This document shows positions 1 through 13,292 of a DNA stretch of 64,000 nt, piece after piece (positions within the stretch are counted from its first letter, which is position 1; the number at the start of each line of letters is the position of its first letter). The notes beneath the pieces are model-generated. The model had not been told where the DNA came from and did not search any database. It saw only the letters and a program-made list of their open reading frames with translations. The stretch lies in assembly GCA_963800415.1 (NCBI GenBank), contig CAWDBS010000083.1, forward strand, positions 210-64,209, read 5' to 3'. This stretch comes from an uncultured Actinomycetes bacterium. Lineage in GTDB: Bacteria; Actinomycetota; Actinomycetes; Streptosporangiales; Streptosporangiaceae. The translations under genes and the position numbers were made by a program.

Positions 1-1667
1 ACAGCGTCCAGAACGACGCGGATTCCTTCTTCCACGGCCTGCGGCACGACGCCGTCCAGATCGCTACCTGCACGGCGAACTGGGTTAAGGACGAGGCCGA
101 TGACGCCTACCACTGGGCCGTGAGCCTGGCCGTCACGATCGGCGACGACATCGCGGAGATAGCCAGCTACGTGATCACCGACATCAAGTCGGCCATCCAC
201 GCCGTCACCGCCTTCTTCGCCAGGCTCGGCGCCGACATCGGCGACGCGATCAGCTGGCTGCGGCACAACGTCGGCGAGCTGATCGCCGAGGCCGGGCAGA
301 ACGCCAACCAGATCGAGGCCTGGCTGGATCAGCTGCCCGGGATCGCCACCGGCAAGCTGACCGAATACGGCCAGCTAGCGGACGGCTTCTTCGCCAGCCG
401 GGAGACGGCCATCGACGACAAGATCGACACGATCGTCATGCCCGGCCTGGGGCAGCAGACGTTCGGCAGCCCGGCCCCCAGCACGCCGCCGGCGGTCTTC
501 GACATCGAGAAGTTCCTGTCCGGCGTCCAGCACAACTGGCTGCTGGACAAGATCGAGTCGTTCTTCGCCGGCGACACCCCGGCTCAGGTAAACACCGGCC
601 TGCAGGCGGCCTTCGACCAGCTGGCCGCCGCCGTGCAGGACGGCGTGCAGGCCGTGACCGACATCGCCGAGCTGCTATGGACGGGCCTGGAGGAGCCGTT
701 CGCCAGCAGCGACTCCAGTCAGCAGACGCAGCTAGCCGAGTTCGTCGGCCTCCTCAAGCAGGCCGTGCACGACCTGCTGGCCTTCGCCGACGCCGTCGTC
801 CAGGCACTGATCGACCTGGCCAAGGCGGCCATGGACGAGCTGGGCGACATGCTCTCGCACGGGTTCGAGGACATACCCCTGGTCAGCAAGCTGCTGGCGC
901 ACTTCGGCGTGGACACCACGATGAACGTCGCGCACCTGGTCAGCCTGGTCCTGATGTACCCCGCCACCCTGGCCAACCGGATCAAGAACGGCTCAGGCAG
1001 CTCGCTGTTCCCCGCCGTCACCGCCGGCCAGGACGGCGGAACCGTGGCGGACGCGCAGCAGGACTGGGCGTTCGGCCTGGGGCTGTCCGCCGCGATCGGC
1101 CAGGGCATCTGGGGCGCCGCCGACGCCGTCGGCGACCTGTCCCGGGTGGCCGGCCAGGAGCCCTCCGGCATCATCGGCTGGATCGACATCGCCTCCCCGC
1201 TCGTCCTGGCCATCCTGGAATGGCCCGGCACGCCCGCCGGGCCGCCGTTCGCCAACCCCATCGACGGCTCCGGCCCGGACGGCGCGATGATCTGGCCGAA
1301 CTGGCTGCTCGGGCTGGTGCCGCCGATCGTCGGGCTGTGCGGCCAGTTCGCCGACTACAAGCCGCCCGCGGCCGTCGAGGCGAGCGACGGCGAGCCGGAG
1401 GACTGGCCGGAGATCGGCCAGTACTTCACCATGGCCGCCGCCATCGCCTCCACCATCCTCGGCAGCATCTACAACTTCCAGACCAGCGACAACCCCTTCA
1501 CCCAGGCCGCGGGCATCGTCAGCAACGTCTCCAACGTCATCGCCCCGTTCGCGACCAAGACGCTGGCCGAAACCACCAGCGGCGGATCCGAGATCATCAA
1601 GCTCTTCATCGACTACTTCTGCAACATCGGCGCCGCGGGCCTCATGGGAGCAGCACTCGACGCATGA
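1..1667 (+). CDS. hypothetical protein, 5' partial (frame is open to the window edge); helical Ala/Asp-rich N-terminal part, hydrophobic and probably membrane-spanning C-terminal part
   Basis: The frame of ORF 120..1667 has no stop back to nt 3, so the gene starts upstream of the window. High GC3 and the absence of the Arg/Pro-rich composition of spurious frames support coding. I recognise no family motif. Confidence 0.5.
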   Translation, partial: SVQNDADSFFHGLRHDAVQIATCTANWVKDEADDAYHWAVSLAVTIGDDIAEIASYVITDIKSAIHAVTAFFARLGADIGDAISWLRHNVGELIAEAGQNANQIEAWLDQLPGIATGKLTEYGQLADGFFASRETAIDDKIDTIVMPGLGQQTFGSPAPSTPPAVFDIEKFLSGVQHNWLLDKIESFFAGDTPAQVNTGLQAAFDQLAAAVQDGVQAVTDIAELLWTGLEEPFASSDSSQQTQLAEFVGLLKQAVHDLLAFADAVVQALIDLAKAAMDELGDMLSHGFEDIPLVSKLLAHFGVDTTMNVAHLVSLVLMYPATLANRIKNGSGSSLFPAVTAGQDGGTVADAQQDWAFGLGLSAAIGQGIWGAADAVGDLSRVAGQEPSGIIGWIDIASPLVLAILEWPGTPAGPPFANPIDGSGPDGAMIWPNWLLGLVPPIVGLCGQFADYKPPAAVEASDGEPEDWPEIGQYFTMAAAIASTILGSIYNFQTSDNPFTQAAGIVSNVSNVIAPFATKTLAETTSGGSEIIKLFIDYFCNIGAAGLMGAALDA

Positions 1668-1677
1668 GGCACCCCAG

Positions 1678-1710
1678 CCGGGCCCGTCCGCCGCGGGCGG
1701 GCCCGGTTCC
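1678..1710 (+). terminator. GC-rich hairpin downstream of the first CDS (candidate intrinsic terminator)
   Basis: CCGGGCCCG (1678-1686) pairs with CGGGCCCGG (1698-1706), with further inner pairing, followed by TT. It starts 11 nt after the stop codon. The T-tract is weak. Confidence 0.4.
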
Positions 1711-1750
1711 GGCACATCAACCGCAGCGCCAGCAGCCGAAGGAGTCCCCG

Positions 1751-2050
1751 ATGCCAGCCATCTCGTTCAGCGGAGTGCTGATCATCGCCCTGGTGGCGGT
1801 GGCCGTCCCCGCGGCGCTCGCCGCCGTGCCGCGGCTGCCGGTCCCCGGCGCGGTCCTGGAGGTCGCCGCCGGGATCCTGGTCGGGCCCTCGGTGCTCGGC
1901 TGGGTTCACGTCGACACGTCCATCCAGGTGCTGAGCGATCTCGGCCTGGGCATGCTGCTGTTCCTGGCCGCCCTGGAGATCGACTGGGGGGCCTGCGGGG
2001 GCCGCTGGGACGGCTGGCAGGCTCGTAATACGGCCCTCGATCCGCGCTAA
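1751..2050 (+). pseudogene. cation:proton antiporter (CPA/Kef-type) N-terminal remnant, about 95 codons
   Basis: ATG at 1751 is preceded by GAAGGAG. The translation MPAISFSGVLIIALVAV...VLEVAAGILVGPSVLGW...LGLGMLLFLAALEID matches the first transmembrane helices of CPA antiporters. The frame drifts after EID (the alternative frame reads LGGLRGPLGRLAGS). The gene ends against the 3' end of the convergent FUSC gene, and the remaining ~300 residues of a normal antiporter are absent. Confidence 0.6.
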
Positions 2051-4421
2051 CGCCACCAGGGCAGGCGGCGCTGCTCGGCCACGTGCGAGGCCGGATCGGT
2101 GATCACGTACGCGTGCGAGCTGAGGTGCTGCAGGTGCTCGGCCACCCACAGCAGGTGCGGGTGATGCGGGGCGGTGATGACGCGGACCAGGTCGGTGCCG
2201 TCGCCCTCCTCCAGCCCGTCCGCATCGCCGGCCATGGTCAGTATTTCCACGCCGCTGTCCTCGGCCCGCGCCGCGCTGCCGTTCCCGTTCAGGCCGGTGA
2301 ACGCCGGGACGCTGAGCGGCAGCAGCACCTGGCCGGCGACCGGCCGACCGACCAGCACCGCGACCCGCTCGTAGAAGCCGGTCAGGTCCGCGGTGGCGTG
2401 CGCCAGCGCGGTCCGCGCGTAGGCGGTGCCCCGGTGCTTGTGCTGCCCGAGGTGCTCGGGCGCCTGCATCCCGGCCAGCGAGTAGGCGGTCAGCCGGAGC
2501 CGCATGGACGCCATCACCAGCATCCACAGCTCCTCTTTGGATACCCGCTTGGTGCCCTGCTCGGCCAGGAAGCCGCGCAGCGCCTCGTCCAGCCGGATCC
2601 CGGCGGTGACCGCGGCGGCGCCCGCGTCCGGCGGCTGGTGCCGGGTGCCCAGCGACCAGTCCACCGCCTGAGTCAGGTAGGCGGCGCCGCGGCGGAACGC
2701 GTCGGCGAGGTCGTCGCCGACCACGGAAGCGGCGCCCCGCGGCCAGAACAGGACGCCGACCACCAGGCTCACCAGGCAGCCGATGGCCACGTCCTCGATG
2801 CGCAGCAGGCCCACTCGCCAGCCGGCCGGCACGAGCAGGTTGAACAGGACCACCACCACGACGGTGAACGCCGCCTGGCCGAAGGCGAACGGCAGCGTGC
2901 CCGGCGCGTAGGCGGCCACGGCCAGGGCGATCGGCAGCGCCGCCCACAGCGCCGGGGTGCTGGTGCCGATGCCGAGCAGCAGCAGCGCGCCCGCCGCGAA
3001 GCCGACCACGGTGCCGCCCAGCGCGCGCAGCGCGGTGGATTCGGTCGACGCCGCGTTGGTGCGCAGCACCGACAGGGTGCCCAGGACCACCCAGAACCCG
3101 TGCTGGACCCCGGACAGGTCGGCCACCAGGACCGCCACGGCCAGGGCCAGCGACCCGCGCAGGCTGTTCAGGAACCAGACCGAACGGAAGCTGGCGTGCC
3201 TGACCAGGACGCCCATCGCGCCGGAGATCGCGGCCACCCGGCGCTCGGCCATCGTCCCTTCGGGCTGAGCCCCGTACCAGCCGCGGCGCCGGGCCGCGAT
3301 CGTCTCCGGATCGGCCCGCCGGGTGGCGATCAGGGCGTCCGCCACGACGGCCCGCACGGCGAGGGCGATAGCCTGCGCGTGAAAGGCGTGCCGGGCGATG
3401 ACCTCCACCGAGTCGTAGTCCCCGTCCGCCTGCACTGCCGCCGACCGGTGGTAGGCGGCGCTGGCCTCACGCTGCCGGTCCATCGCGGTCAGAGTCGGGC
3501 AGCGCGCTGGATTCGGGTGCCGGCCAGCAGGTCGCCGGTCTGCCGGAGCACCGTGGCGGCCAGGCCGAGCAGGTCGCGATCGGACTGCGCGGCCCGGTCC
3601 AGGTTCGGGTGCCCGTCGGTGGCGTCGGCGATCAGCGCGGTGCACCACTCGAGCAGCTGGACGACGCTGGCCATGCCCTGGTCGGCCGTGGCCAGGCCGA
3701 CCGGCCGGTACGGCGTGCTGGCAAACGCGCTCATCAGCTGGTGCTTGGCGGCCTGGCAGGCCTCGGTGTCCGCGGCGGTGGCGGTGCCGCGCACCGAGGC
3801 GTCCAGGTGGGCGGCCAGCGCCCGGGCCGATCCGGCCGCCGCCACGCGCAGCCGGTCTCCCGGGGACGGCGTCGGAAGCGCCAGCACGACCGCGGTCGAG
3901 ACGACCGAGGCCAGCCACCAGCCCGCCAGCCGGTCACCGATCATGCCGACCGTGCCCGGCGTGGCCACCGACAGCACGAAGGGCAGCAGCGCGGCGGTGA
4001 CGCCGGAGGCCGCATTGGGCCCGGCCACCCCGGCGAAGAAGATCCCGAACGCCACCGGGATCGTGACCAGGACGGCCAGCCAGGTGATCCCGTTGACCGC
4101 CGTGCCGATGATCAGCCCGATGCTGCCGATCACCGCCAGCCCCAGGTGCGCGCGGACCTTGTCCCGCCAGCTGCCGCCGAACGCGGCGAAGATCAGGCTC
4201 GCGAACCCGCCGAACGCGGCGAACAGCGCCATCTGCAGGTTGCCGAAGCCCTCGTAGGTCAGCGCGAACAGGGACGGAATCACCAGGACCGCACGCAGCG
4301 TGCGCAGCGCGGCCGGCACCGACCAGATCGGCCACCAGGCGGGCCGCATCCTTTGCTGTCCGGATCCGGACTGCGGGAGGTGGCCCAGCGGAAGGCGGCG
4401 CGCAACGCTCAGATCGGGCAT
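2047..4421 (-). pseudogene. FUSC / aromatic-acid-exporter family membrane protein, split into two ORFs by a 1-nt frame change near 3485-3491
   Basis: ORF 3489..4421 encodes the first transmembrane bundle plus a cytoplasmic linker. The frame starting at ATG 3483 (to 2047) encodes the second bundle (SFRSVWFLNSLRGSLALAVAVLVADL...) and the C-terminal helical domain. Together they have the two-half FUSC architecture. The stop of the first part lies 6 nt from the ATG of the second, in a different frame. Confidence 0.6.
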
Positions 4422-4602
4422 TTGCCCAGTCTAAGAAGCGCGGCCAGAGCGCCTCAACCGCGCAGGTCGGCGCATCCGGCGCCGCCCAACGGCTGGGATT
4501 CAGCAGGCTGAGACCTCGGCGCAGACGCAGACCGCCGGCCGTCACGACCCGGAGGGCTCGTGGGCGCGACCGCCTTGCCGTCCGTGGTAGTGTGAAACGC
4601 TG

Positions 4603-4660
4603 CCCGGCGACTAGCCGGGTCGGCGAGAGGCGTGCTGCACCCTCATGCGGCTGCCTCGCC
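4603..4660 (+). promoter_or_regulatory. candidate structured rpsO 5' leader (two adjacent hairpins)
   Basis: CCCGGC(4603-4608)/GCCGGG(4614-4619) and GGCGAGAGGC(4622-4631)/GCCTCGCC(4653-4660) lie 70-120 nt upstream of the rpsO start. S15 autoregulation through leader structures is established in other bacteria. Its role here is inference only. Confidence 0.2.
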
Positions 4661-4726
4661 CAGAGTTACTCTCAATCGGGGAATCAGCCCGCTGAACCCC
4701 GTTTCGTGCCAATTCTAAGGAGTCAC

Positions 4727-4996
4727 GTGCCGCTCGACACCGCCGCCAAGAAGGAGATCCTGGCGGAGTACGCGACCAGTGAGGGTGACACCGGTTCGCC
4801 GGAGGTCCAGGTCGCGCTGCTGACCAGGCGGATCAACCACCTGACCGAGCACCTGAAGGTGCACAAGCACGACCACCACAGCCGCCGTGGGCTGCTGCTG
4901 CTGGTCGGCCGCCGCCGCAGGCTGCTGAAGTACCTGGCCAAGAAGGACATCAACCGCTACCGAGCGATTCGGGAGCGGCTCGGCATCCGCCGCTAA
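4727..4996 (+). CDS. rpsO: 30S ribosomal protein S15
   Basis: GTG at 4727 is preceded by AAGGAG. The translation [70 protein letters not shown] is typical S15. Confidence 0.95.
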   Translation: MPLDTAAKKEILAEYATSEGDTGSPEVQVALLTRRINHLTEHLKVHKHDHHSRRGLLLLVGRRRRLLKYLAKKDINRYRAIRERLGIRR

Positions 4997-5146
4997 GTCC
5001 CGGCCTGGCCAGGAACAACTGCATAACGACAACACTGACATCCCGTAGCCCCCGGCCCCGAGCGCCATGGCCGGTCCTCGGTAGTGGTCCCCGGGTTGCC
5101 TGCCCCTCAGTAAGGAGTACTAGTAGCACTGAGTAGTGCATGAGCA

Positions 5147-5187
5147 GGCAGCACCCGAGGGCTTCGATCGAAGACCGGCCGGCTGCC
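5147..5187 (+). promoter_or_regulatory. hairpin in the rpsO-pnp intergenic leader (candidate RNase III/autoregulatory processing stem)
   Basis: GGCAGC(5147-5152)...GCTGCC(5182-5187) enclose the 12-nt palindrome CTTCGATCGAAG. pnp leaders with processed stems are established in other bacteria. The equivalent sequence in the second duplicate unit (7935-7965) is degraded. Confidence 0.3.
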
Positions 5188-5260
5188 TCCCTAGGCGAGC
5201 CAGGCCACATGCGGCACGGCGGCGGGTGGGTGCGGGATCTACCGCAAGGAGGTCTCACCC

Positions 5261-7630
5261 GTGGAGGGTGTCCATAGCGCTGAAGCCGTCATCGATAACG
5301 GCGAATTTGGCGTACACACAATCAGGTTCGAGACGGGCCGGCTGGCCCGTCAGGCTGCCGGTTCCGCCCTGGTAACGCTGGACGGCGAGACGGTGGTGCT
5401 TTCCGCGACCACCGCGTCCAGGCAGCCGAAGGAAAACCTGGATTTCTTCCCGCTCACCGTGGACGTGGAAGAGCGGATGTACGCGGTGGGCCGGATTCCC
5501 GGCTCGTTTTTCCGTCGGGAGGGCCGTCCGTCCGAGGACGCGATCCTGACCTGCCGGCTCATCGACCGGCCGCTGCGCCCGTCCTTCGTCAAGGGCCTGC
5601 GCAACGAGATCCAGATCGTCGCGACCATACTCGCGCTCGACCCGCAGCACCTGTACGACGTGGTGGCGATCAACGCCGCGTCCATGTCCACCCAGCTGGC
5701 GGGCCTGCCGTTCTCCGGCCCCATCGGCGGGGTGCGGGTGGCGCTGATCAAGGGCCAGTGGGTGGCCTTCCCGGCGCACGAGCAGCTGGCGCAGGCCACC
5801 TTCGACATGGTGGTGGCGGGCCGGGTGCTCGCTGAGAAGGCGGGGACGGCGACGTGGCCATCATGATGGTCGAGGCCGAGTCCACGCCCGAGACGCTCAA
5901 GCTGATCGCGGACGAGGGCAGCGGCGCCGTCGCGCCGACCGAGGACACGGTGGCCGAGGGTCTCGAGGCGGCCAAGCCGTTCATCCGCGTGCTGTGCGAG
6001 GCGCAGCAGCGACTCGCCGCCGAGGTTGCGGGCGATGGCGCCCCGGCCGCCCAGTACCCGGTCTTCGTCGACTACGCCGAGGACGTCTACGAGGCGGTGG
6101 CGCGCGAGGTCTCCGAGGAACTGGCCAAGGCGCTGACGATCGCGGGCAAGCACGACCGCGAGGCGGAGACGGACCGGGTCAAGGCGATCGCCCAGGAAAA
6201 GCTCGCCGAGCAGTTCGAGGGCCGCGAGAAGGAGATCAGCGCCGCGTTCCGGTCGCTGACCAAGAAGCTGGTCCGGGAGCGGATCATCTCCGGCGGGGTG
6301 CGCATCGACGGCCGCGGCCTGACCGACATCCGGCCGCTGGCCGCGCTGACCCACGTGCTGCCCCGGGTGCACGGGTCCGCGCTGTTCGAGCGCGGCGAGA
6401 CCCAGATCCTCGGCGTGACCACGCTGAACATGCTCCGGATGGAGCAGATGATCGACACGCTCAACCCGGACCGCACCAAGCGTTACATGCACAACTACAA
6501 CTTCCCGCCGTACTCGACCGGGGAGACGGGCCGGGTCGGCTCACCGAAGCGCCGCGAGATCGGCCACGGCGCGCTGGCCGAGCGCGCGCTGCTCCCGGTG
6601 CTGCCGACGCGGGAGGAGTTCCCTTACGCGATCCGGCAGGTATCCGAGGCGATCAGCTCCAACGGCTCGACCTCCATGGGCTCGGTCTGTGCCTCCACCA
6701 TGTCCCTGCTTGACGCCGGCGTGCCGCTGAAGGACATGGTGTCCGGCATCGCCATGGGCCTGATCCACGAGGGCGGCCAGTACGTGACGCTGACCGACAT
6801 CCTCGGCGCCGAGGACGCCTTCGGCGACATGGACTTCAAGGTGGCGGGCACCGAGCAGGTGATCACCGCACTGCAGCTGGACACCAAGCTCGGCGGCATC
6901 CCGGCCTCGGTGCTCGCCGCGGCCCTGAAGCAGGCCCGCGCGGCCCGGATGACTGTCCTGGACGTCATGCGCGGCGCCATCACCGAGGCGGGCGAGATGT
7001 CCGTCTACGCCCCGCGGATCATCACGATCAAGGTCCCGGTGGACAAGATCGGCGAGGTCATCGGCCCGAAGGGCAAGATGATCAACTCGATCCAGGACGA
7101 CACCGGCGCCGAGATCACCATCGAGGACGACGGCACCATCTACGTCGGGGCCACCGACGGGACGTCGGCCGAGGCGGCGCGGGCCGCGATCAACGCGATC
7201 GCCAACCCGCACATGCCCGAGGTCGGCGAGCGGTTCCTCGGCACGGTGGTGAAGACGACCACGTTCGGCGCCTTCGTCTCGCTGCTGCCCGGCAAGGACG
7301 GCCTGCTGCACATCACCCAGATCCGCAAGCTGCATGGCGGTAAGCGGATCGAGAACATCGACGACGTGGTGCACATCGGCGACAAGATCCAGGTCGAGAT
7401 CCGCGAGGTCGACGACCGCGGCAAGCTGTCGCTCGTGCCTGTCGAAGTGGTGGAGCGCGAGGCGGCCGGCGAGGACCTGTCCGGCGGCGAGCGTCTGGCG
7501 GCGAGCGTTCCGGCCGCCCCAGGGACCGCGGCGGCGACCGCGACCGCGGCGACCGGGACGCGGCGGCGACCGCGACGGCCAGGACGGGCACCGCCGGACC
7601 CGGCACCGCACCCGCGGGCATCACGAGTAG
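5261..7630 (+). pseudogene. pnp: polyribonucleotide nucleotidyltransferase (PNPase), copy 1, frame-disrupted
   Basis: GTG at 5261 is preceded by AAGGAGG. The translation covers two RNase PH domains, KH and S1 domains and an Arg/Asp/Gly-rich tail. The frame changes near 5830-5850 (a 4-nt length difference from copy 2) and at least twice in the tail (about 7490 and 7560). The in-frame end ...[14 protein letters not shown] at 7628-7630 abuts the next ATG. Confidence 0.85.
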
Positions 7631-7924
7631 ATGGCCACCGCACAAGCCCATGAAGTCCGTCGCACGGTCCTTCCGGGCGGCCTGCGCGTAGTCACCGAGT
7701 CCCTGCCCGCGGTGCGCTCCGTCGCGCTCGGCATCTGGGTGGGGGTCGGCTCGCGCGACGAGGACCACGCGCACGCGGGCGCGACCCACTACCTGGAGCA
7801 CCTGCTGTTCAAGGGCACCAGGCGGCGCACCGCGCTGGAGATCTCCGCGGAGATGGACGCGGCCGGCGGCGAGATGAACGCGTTCACGCGAAGGAGTACA
7901 CCTGTTACTACGCGCGGGTGCTGA
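7631..7924 (+). pseudogene. M16 (pitrilysin) peptidase 5' fragment, truncated at the duplication junction
   Basis: The first ~90 codons are nearly identical to 10399.. and include the HYLEHLLFKGT zinc motif. A 1-nt deletion follows AFT, and homology ends at 7929, where the pnp leader sequence restarts. Confidence 0.85.
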
Positions 7925-8032
7925 CGCGGGCATAGAGGGCTTCGATGAAGACGGGGCTGCCTCTAGGCGAGCTAGCAGGCCACATGCGGCACGGCGGCGG
8001 GTGGGTGCGGATCTACGCAAGGAGGTCTCACT

Positions 8033-10398
8033 GTGGAGGGTGTCCACAGCGCTGAAGCCGTCATAGATAACGGTGAATTTGGCGTACACCAATCAGGTTC
8101 GAGACGGGCCGGCTGGCCCGTCAGGCTGACGGTTCGGCCGTGATGACGCTGGACGGCGAGACCGTGGTGCTTTCCGCGACCACCGCGTCCAGGCAGCCGA
8201 AGGAGAACCTGGATTTCTTCCCGCTCACGTGGACGTGGAAGAGCGGATGTACGCGGTGGGCCGGATTCCCGGCTCGTTCTTCCGCCGGGAGGGCCGTCCG
8301 TCCGAGGACGCGATCCTGACGTGCCGGCTCATCGACCGGCCGCTGCGCCCGTCCTTCGTCAAGGGCCTGCGCAACGAGATCCAGATCGTCGCGACCATCC
8401 TCGCGCTCGACCCGCAGCACCTGTACGACGTGGTGGCGATCAACGCCGCGTCCATGTCGACCCAGCTGGCGGGCCTGCCGTTCTCCGGCCCCATCGGCGG
8501 GGTCCGGGTGGCGCTGATCAAGGGCCACTGGGTGGCCTTCCCGACGCACGAGCAGCTGGCGCAGGCCACCTTCGACATGGTGGTCGCGGGCCGGGTGCTC
8601 TCCGCTGACCAAGGCGGGGACGGCGACGTGGCCATCATGATGGTCGAGGCCGAGTCCACGCCCGAGACGCTCAAGCTGATCGCGGACGAGGGCAGCGGCG
8701 CCGTCGCGCCGACCGAGGATACGGTGGCCGAGGGTCTCGAGGCGGCCAAGCCGTTCATCCGCGTGCTATGCGAGGCGCAGCAGCGGCTCGCCGCCGAGGT
8801 CGCGGCCGATGGCGCCAAGGCCGTCGAGTACCCGGTCTTCGTCGACTACGCCGAGGACGTGTACGAGGCGGTGGCGCGCGAGGTCTCCGACGAGCTGGCC
8901 AAGGCCCTGACGATCGCCGCCAAGCACGACCGCGAGGCGGAGACCGACCGGGTCAAGGCGCTGGCCGCAGGAGAAGCTCGCCGAGCAGTTCGAGGGCCGC
9001 GAGAAGGAGGTCAGCGCCGCGTTCCGGGCGCTGACCAAGAAGCTGGTCCGGGAGCGGATCATCTCCGGCGGGGTGCGCATCGACGGCCGCGGCCTGACCG
9101 ACATCCGGCCGCTGGCCGCGCTGACCCACGTACTGCCCCGGGTGCACGGGTCCGCGCTGTTCGAGCGGGGCGAGACCCAGATCCTCGGCGTGACCACGCT
9201 GAACATGCTCCGGATGGAGCAGATGATCGACACGCTCAACCCGGACCGCACCAAGCGTTACATGCACAACTACAACTTCCCGCCGTACTCGACCGGGGAG
9301 ACGGGCCGGGTCGGCTCACCGAAGCGCCGCGAGATCGGCCACGGCGCGCTCGCTGAGCGCGCGCTGCTCCCGGTGCTGCCGACGCGCGAGGAGTTCCCTT
9401 ACGCGATCCGGCAGGTATCGGAGGCGATCAGCTCCAACGGCTCGACCTCCATGGGTTCGGTCTGCGCCTCCACCATGTCCCTGCTCGACGCCGGCGTCCC
9501 GCTGAAGGACATGGTGTCCGGCATCGCGATGGGCTTGATCCACGAGGGCGGCCAGTACGTGACGCTGACCGACATCCTCGGCGCCGAGGACGCCTTCGGC
9601 GACATGGACTTCAAGGTGGCCGGCACCGAGCAGGTGATCACCGCGCTGCAGCTGGACACCAAGCTCGACGGCATCCCGGCCTCGGTGCTCGCCGGGGCCC
9701 TGAAGCAGGCCCGCGCGGCCCGGATGACGGTCCTGGACGTCATGCGCGGCGCCATCACCGAGCCGGGCGAGATGTCCGTCTACGCCCCGCGGATCATCAC
9801 CATCAAGGTCCCGGTGGACAAGATCGGCGAGGTCATCGGCCCGAAGGGCAAGATGATCAACTCGATCCAGGACGACACCGGCGCCGAGATCACGATCGAG
9901 GACGACGGCACCATCTACGTCGGGGCCACCGACGGGACGTCGGCCGAGGCGGCGCGGGCCGCGATCAACGCGATCGCCAACCCGCACATGCCCGAAGTCG
10001 GCGAGCGGTTCCTCGGCACGGTGGTGAAGACGACCACGTTCGGCGCGTTCGTCTCGCTGCTGCCCGGTAAGGACGGCCTGCTGCACATCACCCAGATCCG
10101 CAAGCTGCACGGCGGCAAGCGGATCGAGAACATCGACGAAGTGGTGCACATCGGCGACAAGATCCAGGTCGAGATCCGCGAGGTCGACGACCGCGGCAAG
10201 CTGTCGCTCGTGCCGGTCGAGGTGGTGGAGCGAGAGGCGGCCGGCGAGGACCTGTCCGGCGGCGACTCCCGCGGTGAGCGTTCCGGCGGCTCCAGGGACC
10301 GCGGCGACCGCGGCGGCGACCGTGACCGCGGCGGGGACCGCGACGGCCCGGACGGGCATCGCCGGACCCGGCACCGCACCCGCGGGCATCACGAATAG
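8033..10398 (+). pseudogene. pnp: polyribonucleotide nucleotidyltransferase (PNPase), copy 2, frame-disrupted
   Basis: GTG at 8033 is preceded by AAGGAGG. Relative to copy 1 there are 1-nt deletions at about 8088 (CACACAATC to CACCAATC) and about 8228 (CTCACCGTGG to CTCACGTGG), and a 1-nt insertion at about 8965. From 9073 to the stop at 10398 the 441-codon C-terminal part is uninterrupted. Confidence 0.85.
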
Positions 10399-12470
<2,072 letters not shown>

Positions 12471-12486
12471 GCGGTACCGTCGGAGT

Positions 12487-12783
12487 ATGTGCCGAAGCAT
12501 CAAGACCCTCCGCCCGCCGTACGCCGATCAGGTGACCGACGAGGACATCCGCGCCGCCGCGCTGCAGTACGTGCGGAAGATCAGCGGTTTCCGCACGCCC
12601 GCTGGGCACAACTCCGATGCGTTCGGCCACGCGGTCGACGCCGTCGCGGCCGCCACGGCGACGTTGCTCGGCCAGCTCCAGGTGAGGTCGGGATCCGGGT
12701 CGCCGCAGCGTCAGCAGGCCCGCGCAGCTAGGGATCTCGCCGATGGCCGCGGCGAGGCTCACGGCTCGCTCCACGGCAGGTAG
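12487..12783 (+). CDS. DUF2277 domain-containing protein
   Basis: The N-terminus MCRSIKTLRPPYADQVTDEDIRAAALQYVRKISGF matches the conserved DUF2277 signature as I recall it. The C-terminal part is less certain. Confidence 0.65.
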   Translation: MCRSIKTLRPPYADQVTDEDIRAAALQYVRKISGFRTPAGHNSDAFGHAVDAVAAATATLLGQLQVRSGSGSPQRQQARAARDLADGRGEAHGSLHGR

Positions 12784-13259
12784 GCGGTCGTCCCGGTGTC
12801 CCGGCCGCGTACCGCGGCGGCCACCCGCGCGCTGATGAGCGGCGGCAGGTAGTCATCCAGGTCGGCGGTCTCGACGAACCGGTACTCGTCGAGCTCTTCT
12901 TCCTGCAGCCGGATCGGCACGTCGTCGGCCAGCGCGCCGCCGTCGAAGACGAAGTGCACCACCGGCCGGGGGCGCACCTCGTCCGGCCCGGCCCAGCCGA
13001 CGACCAGCAGCCGGCCGGGCGCGATGTCGAGGCCGAGTTCCTCCTCGACCTCGCGGCGGCAGCCCTCGTGCGGCGGCTCGCCGTGCTCGAGGATCCCGCC
13101 CGGCAGCGACCAGTGGTCCCGGTAGTTCGGCTTGACCAGCAGCACCCGGCCGGCCGCGTTGCTGAACAGCGCCGCCGCGGCGCCGAACATCGTGGGCAGC
13201 TGCGCGTACCACGCGGCCTGCTCGGCGGGCGAGAAGCCGGCGGAAACGGGATCGGGCAC
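12759..13259 (-). CDS. NUDIX hydrolase
   Basis: A Nudix box is present: GGILEHGEPPHEGCRREVEEELGL. The start was chosen as the GTG at 13259. Alternative starts are ATG 13190 or the far-upstream ATG 13400 from the ORF track. Confidence 0.75.
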   Translation of the reverse strand: MPDPVSAGFSPAEQAAWYAQLPTMFGAAAALFSNAAGRVLLVKPNYRDHWSLPGGILEHGEPPHEGCRREVEEELGLDIAPGRLLVVGWAGPDEVRPRPVVHFVFDGGALADDVPIRLQEEELDEYRFVETADLDDYLPPLISARVAAAVRGRDTGTTAYLPWSEP

Positions 13260-13292
13260 GGAGACGACCCTATCCGGTAGTACCCTGAGCGC

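Noticed and set aside
5854-7653. The ORF-track end of PNPase copy 1 at 7653 (tail ...RVDGHRTSP), which would overlap the next gene.
   Set aside because: Comparison with copy 2 shows that the true tail ends ...[11 protein letters not shown] at 7630 in another frame. The 7653 end results from frame drift in the Arg/Asp-rich tail.
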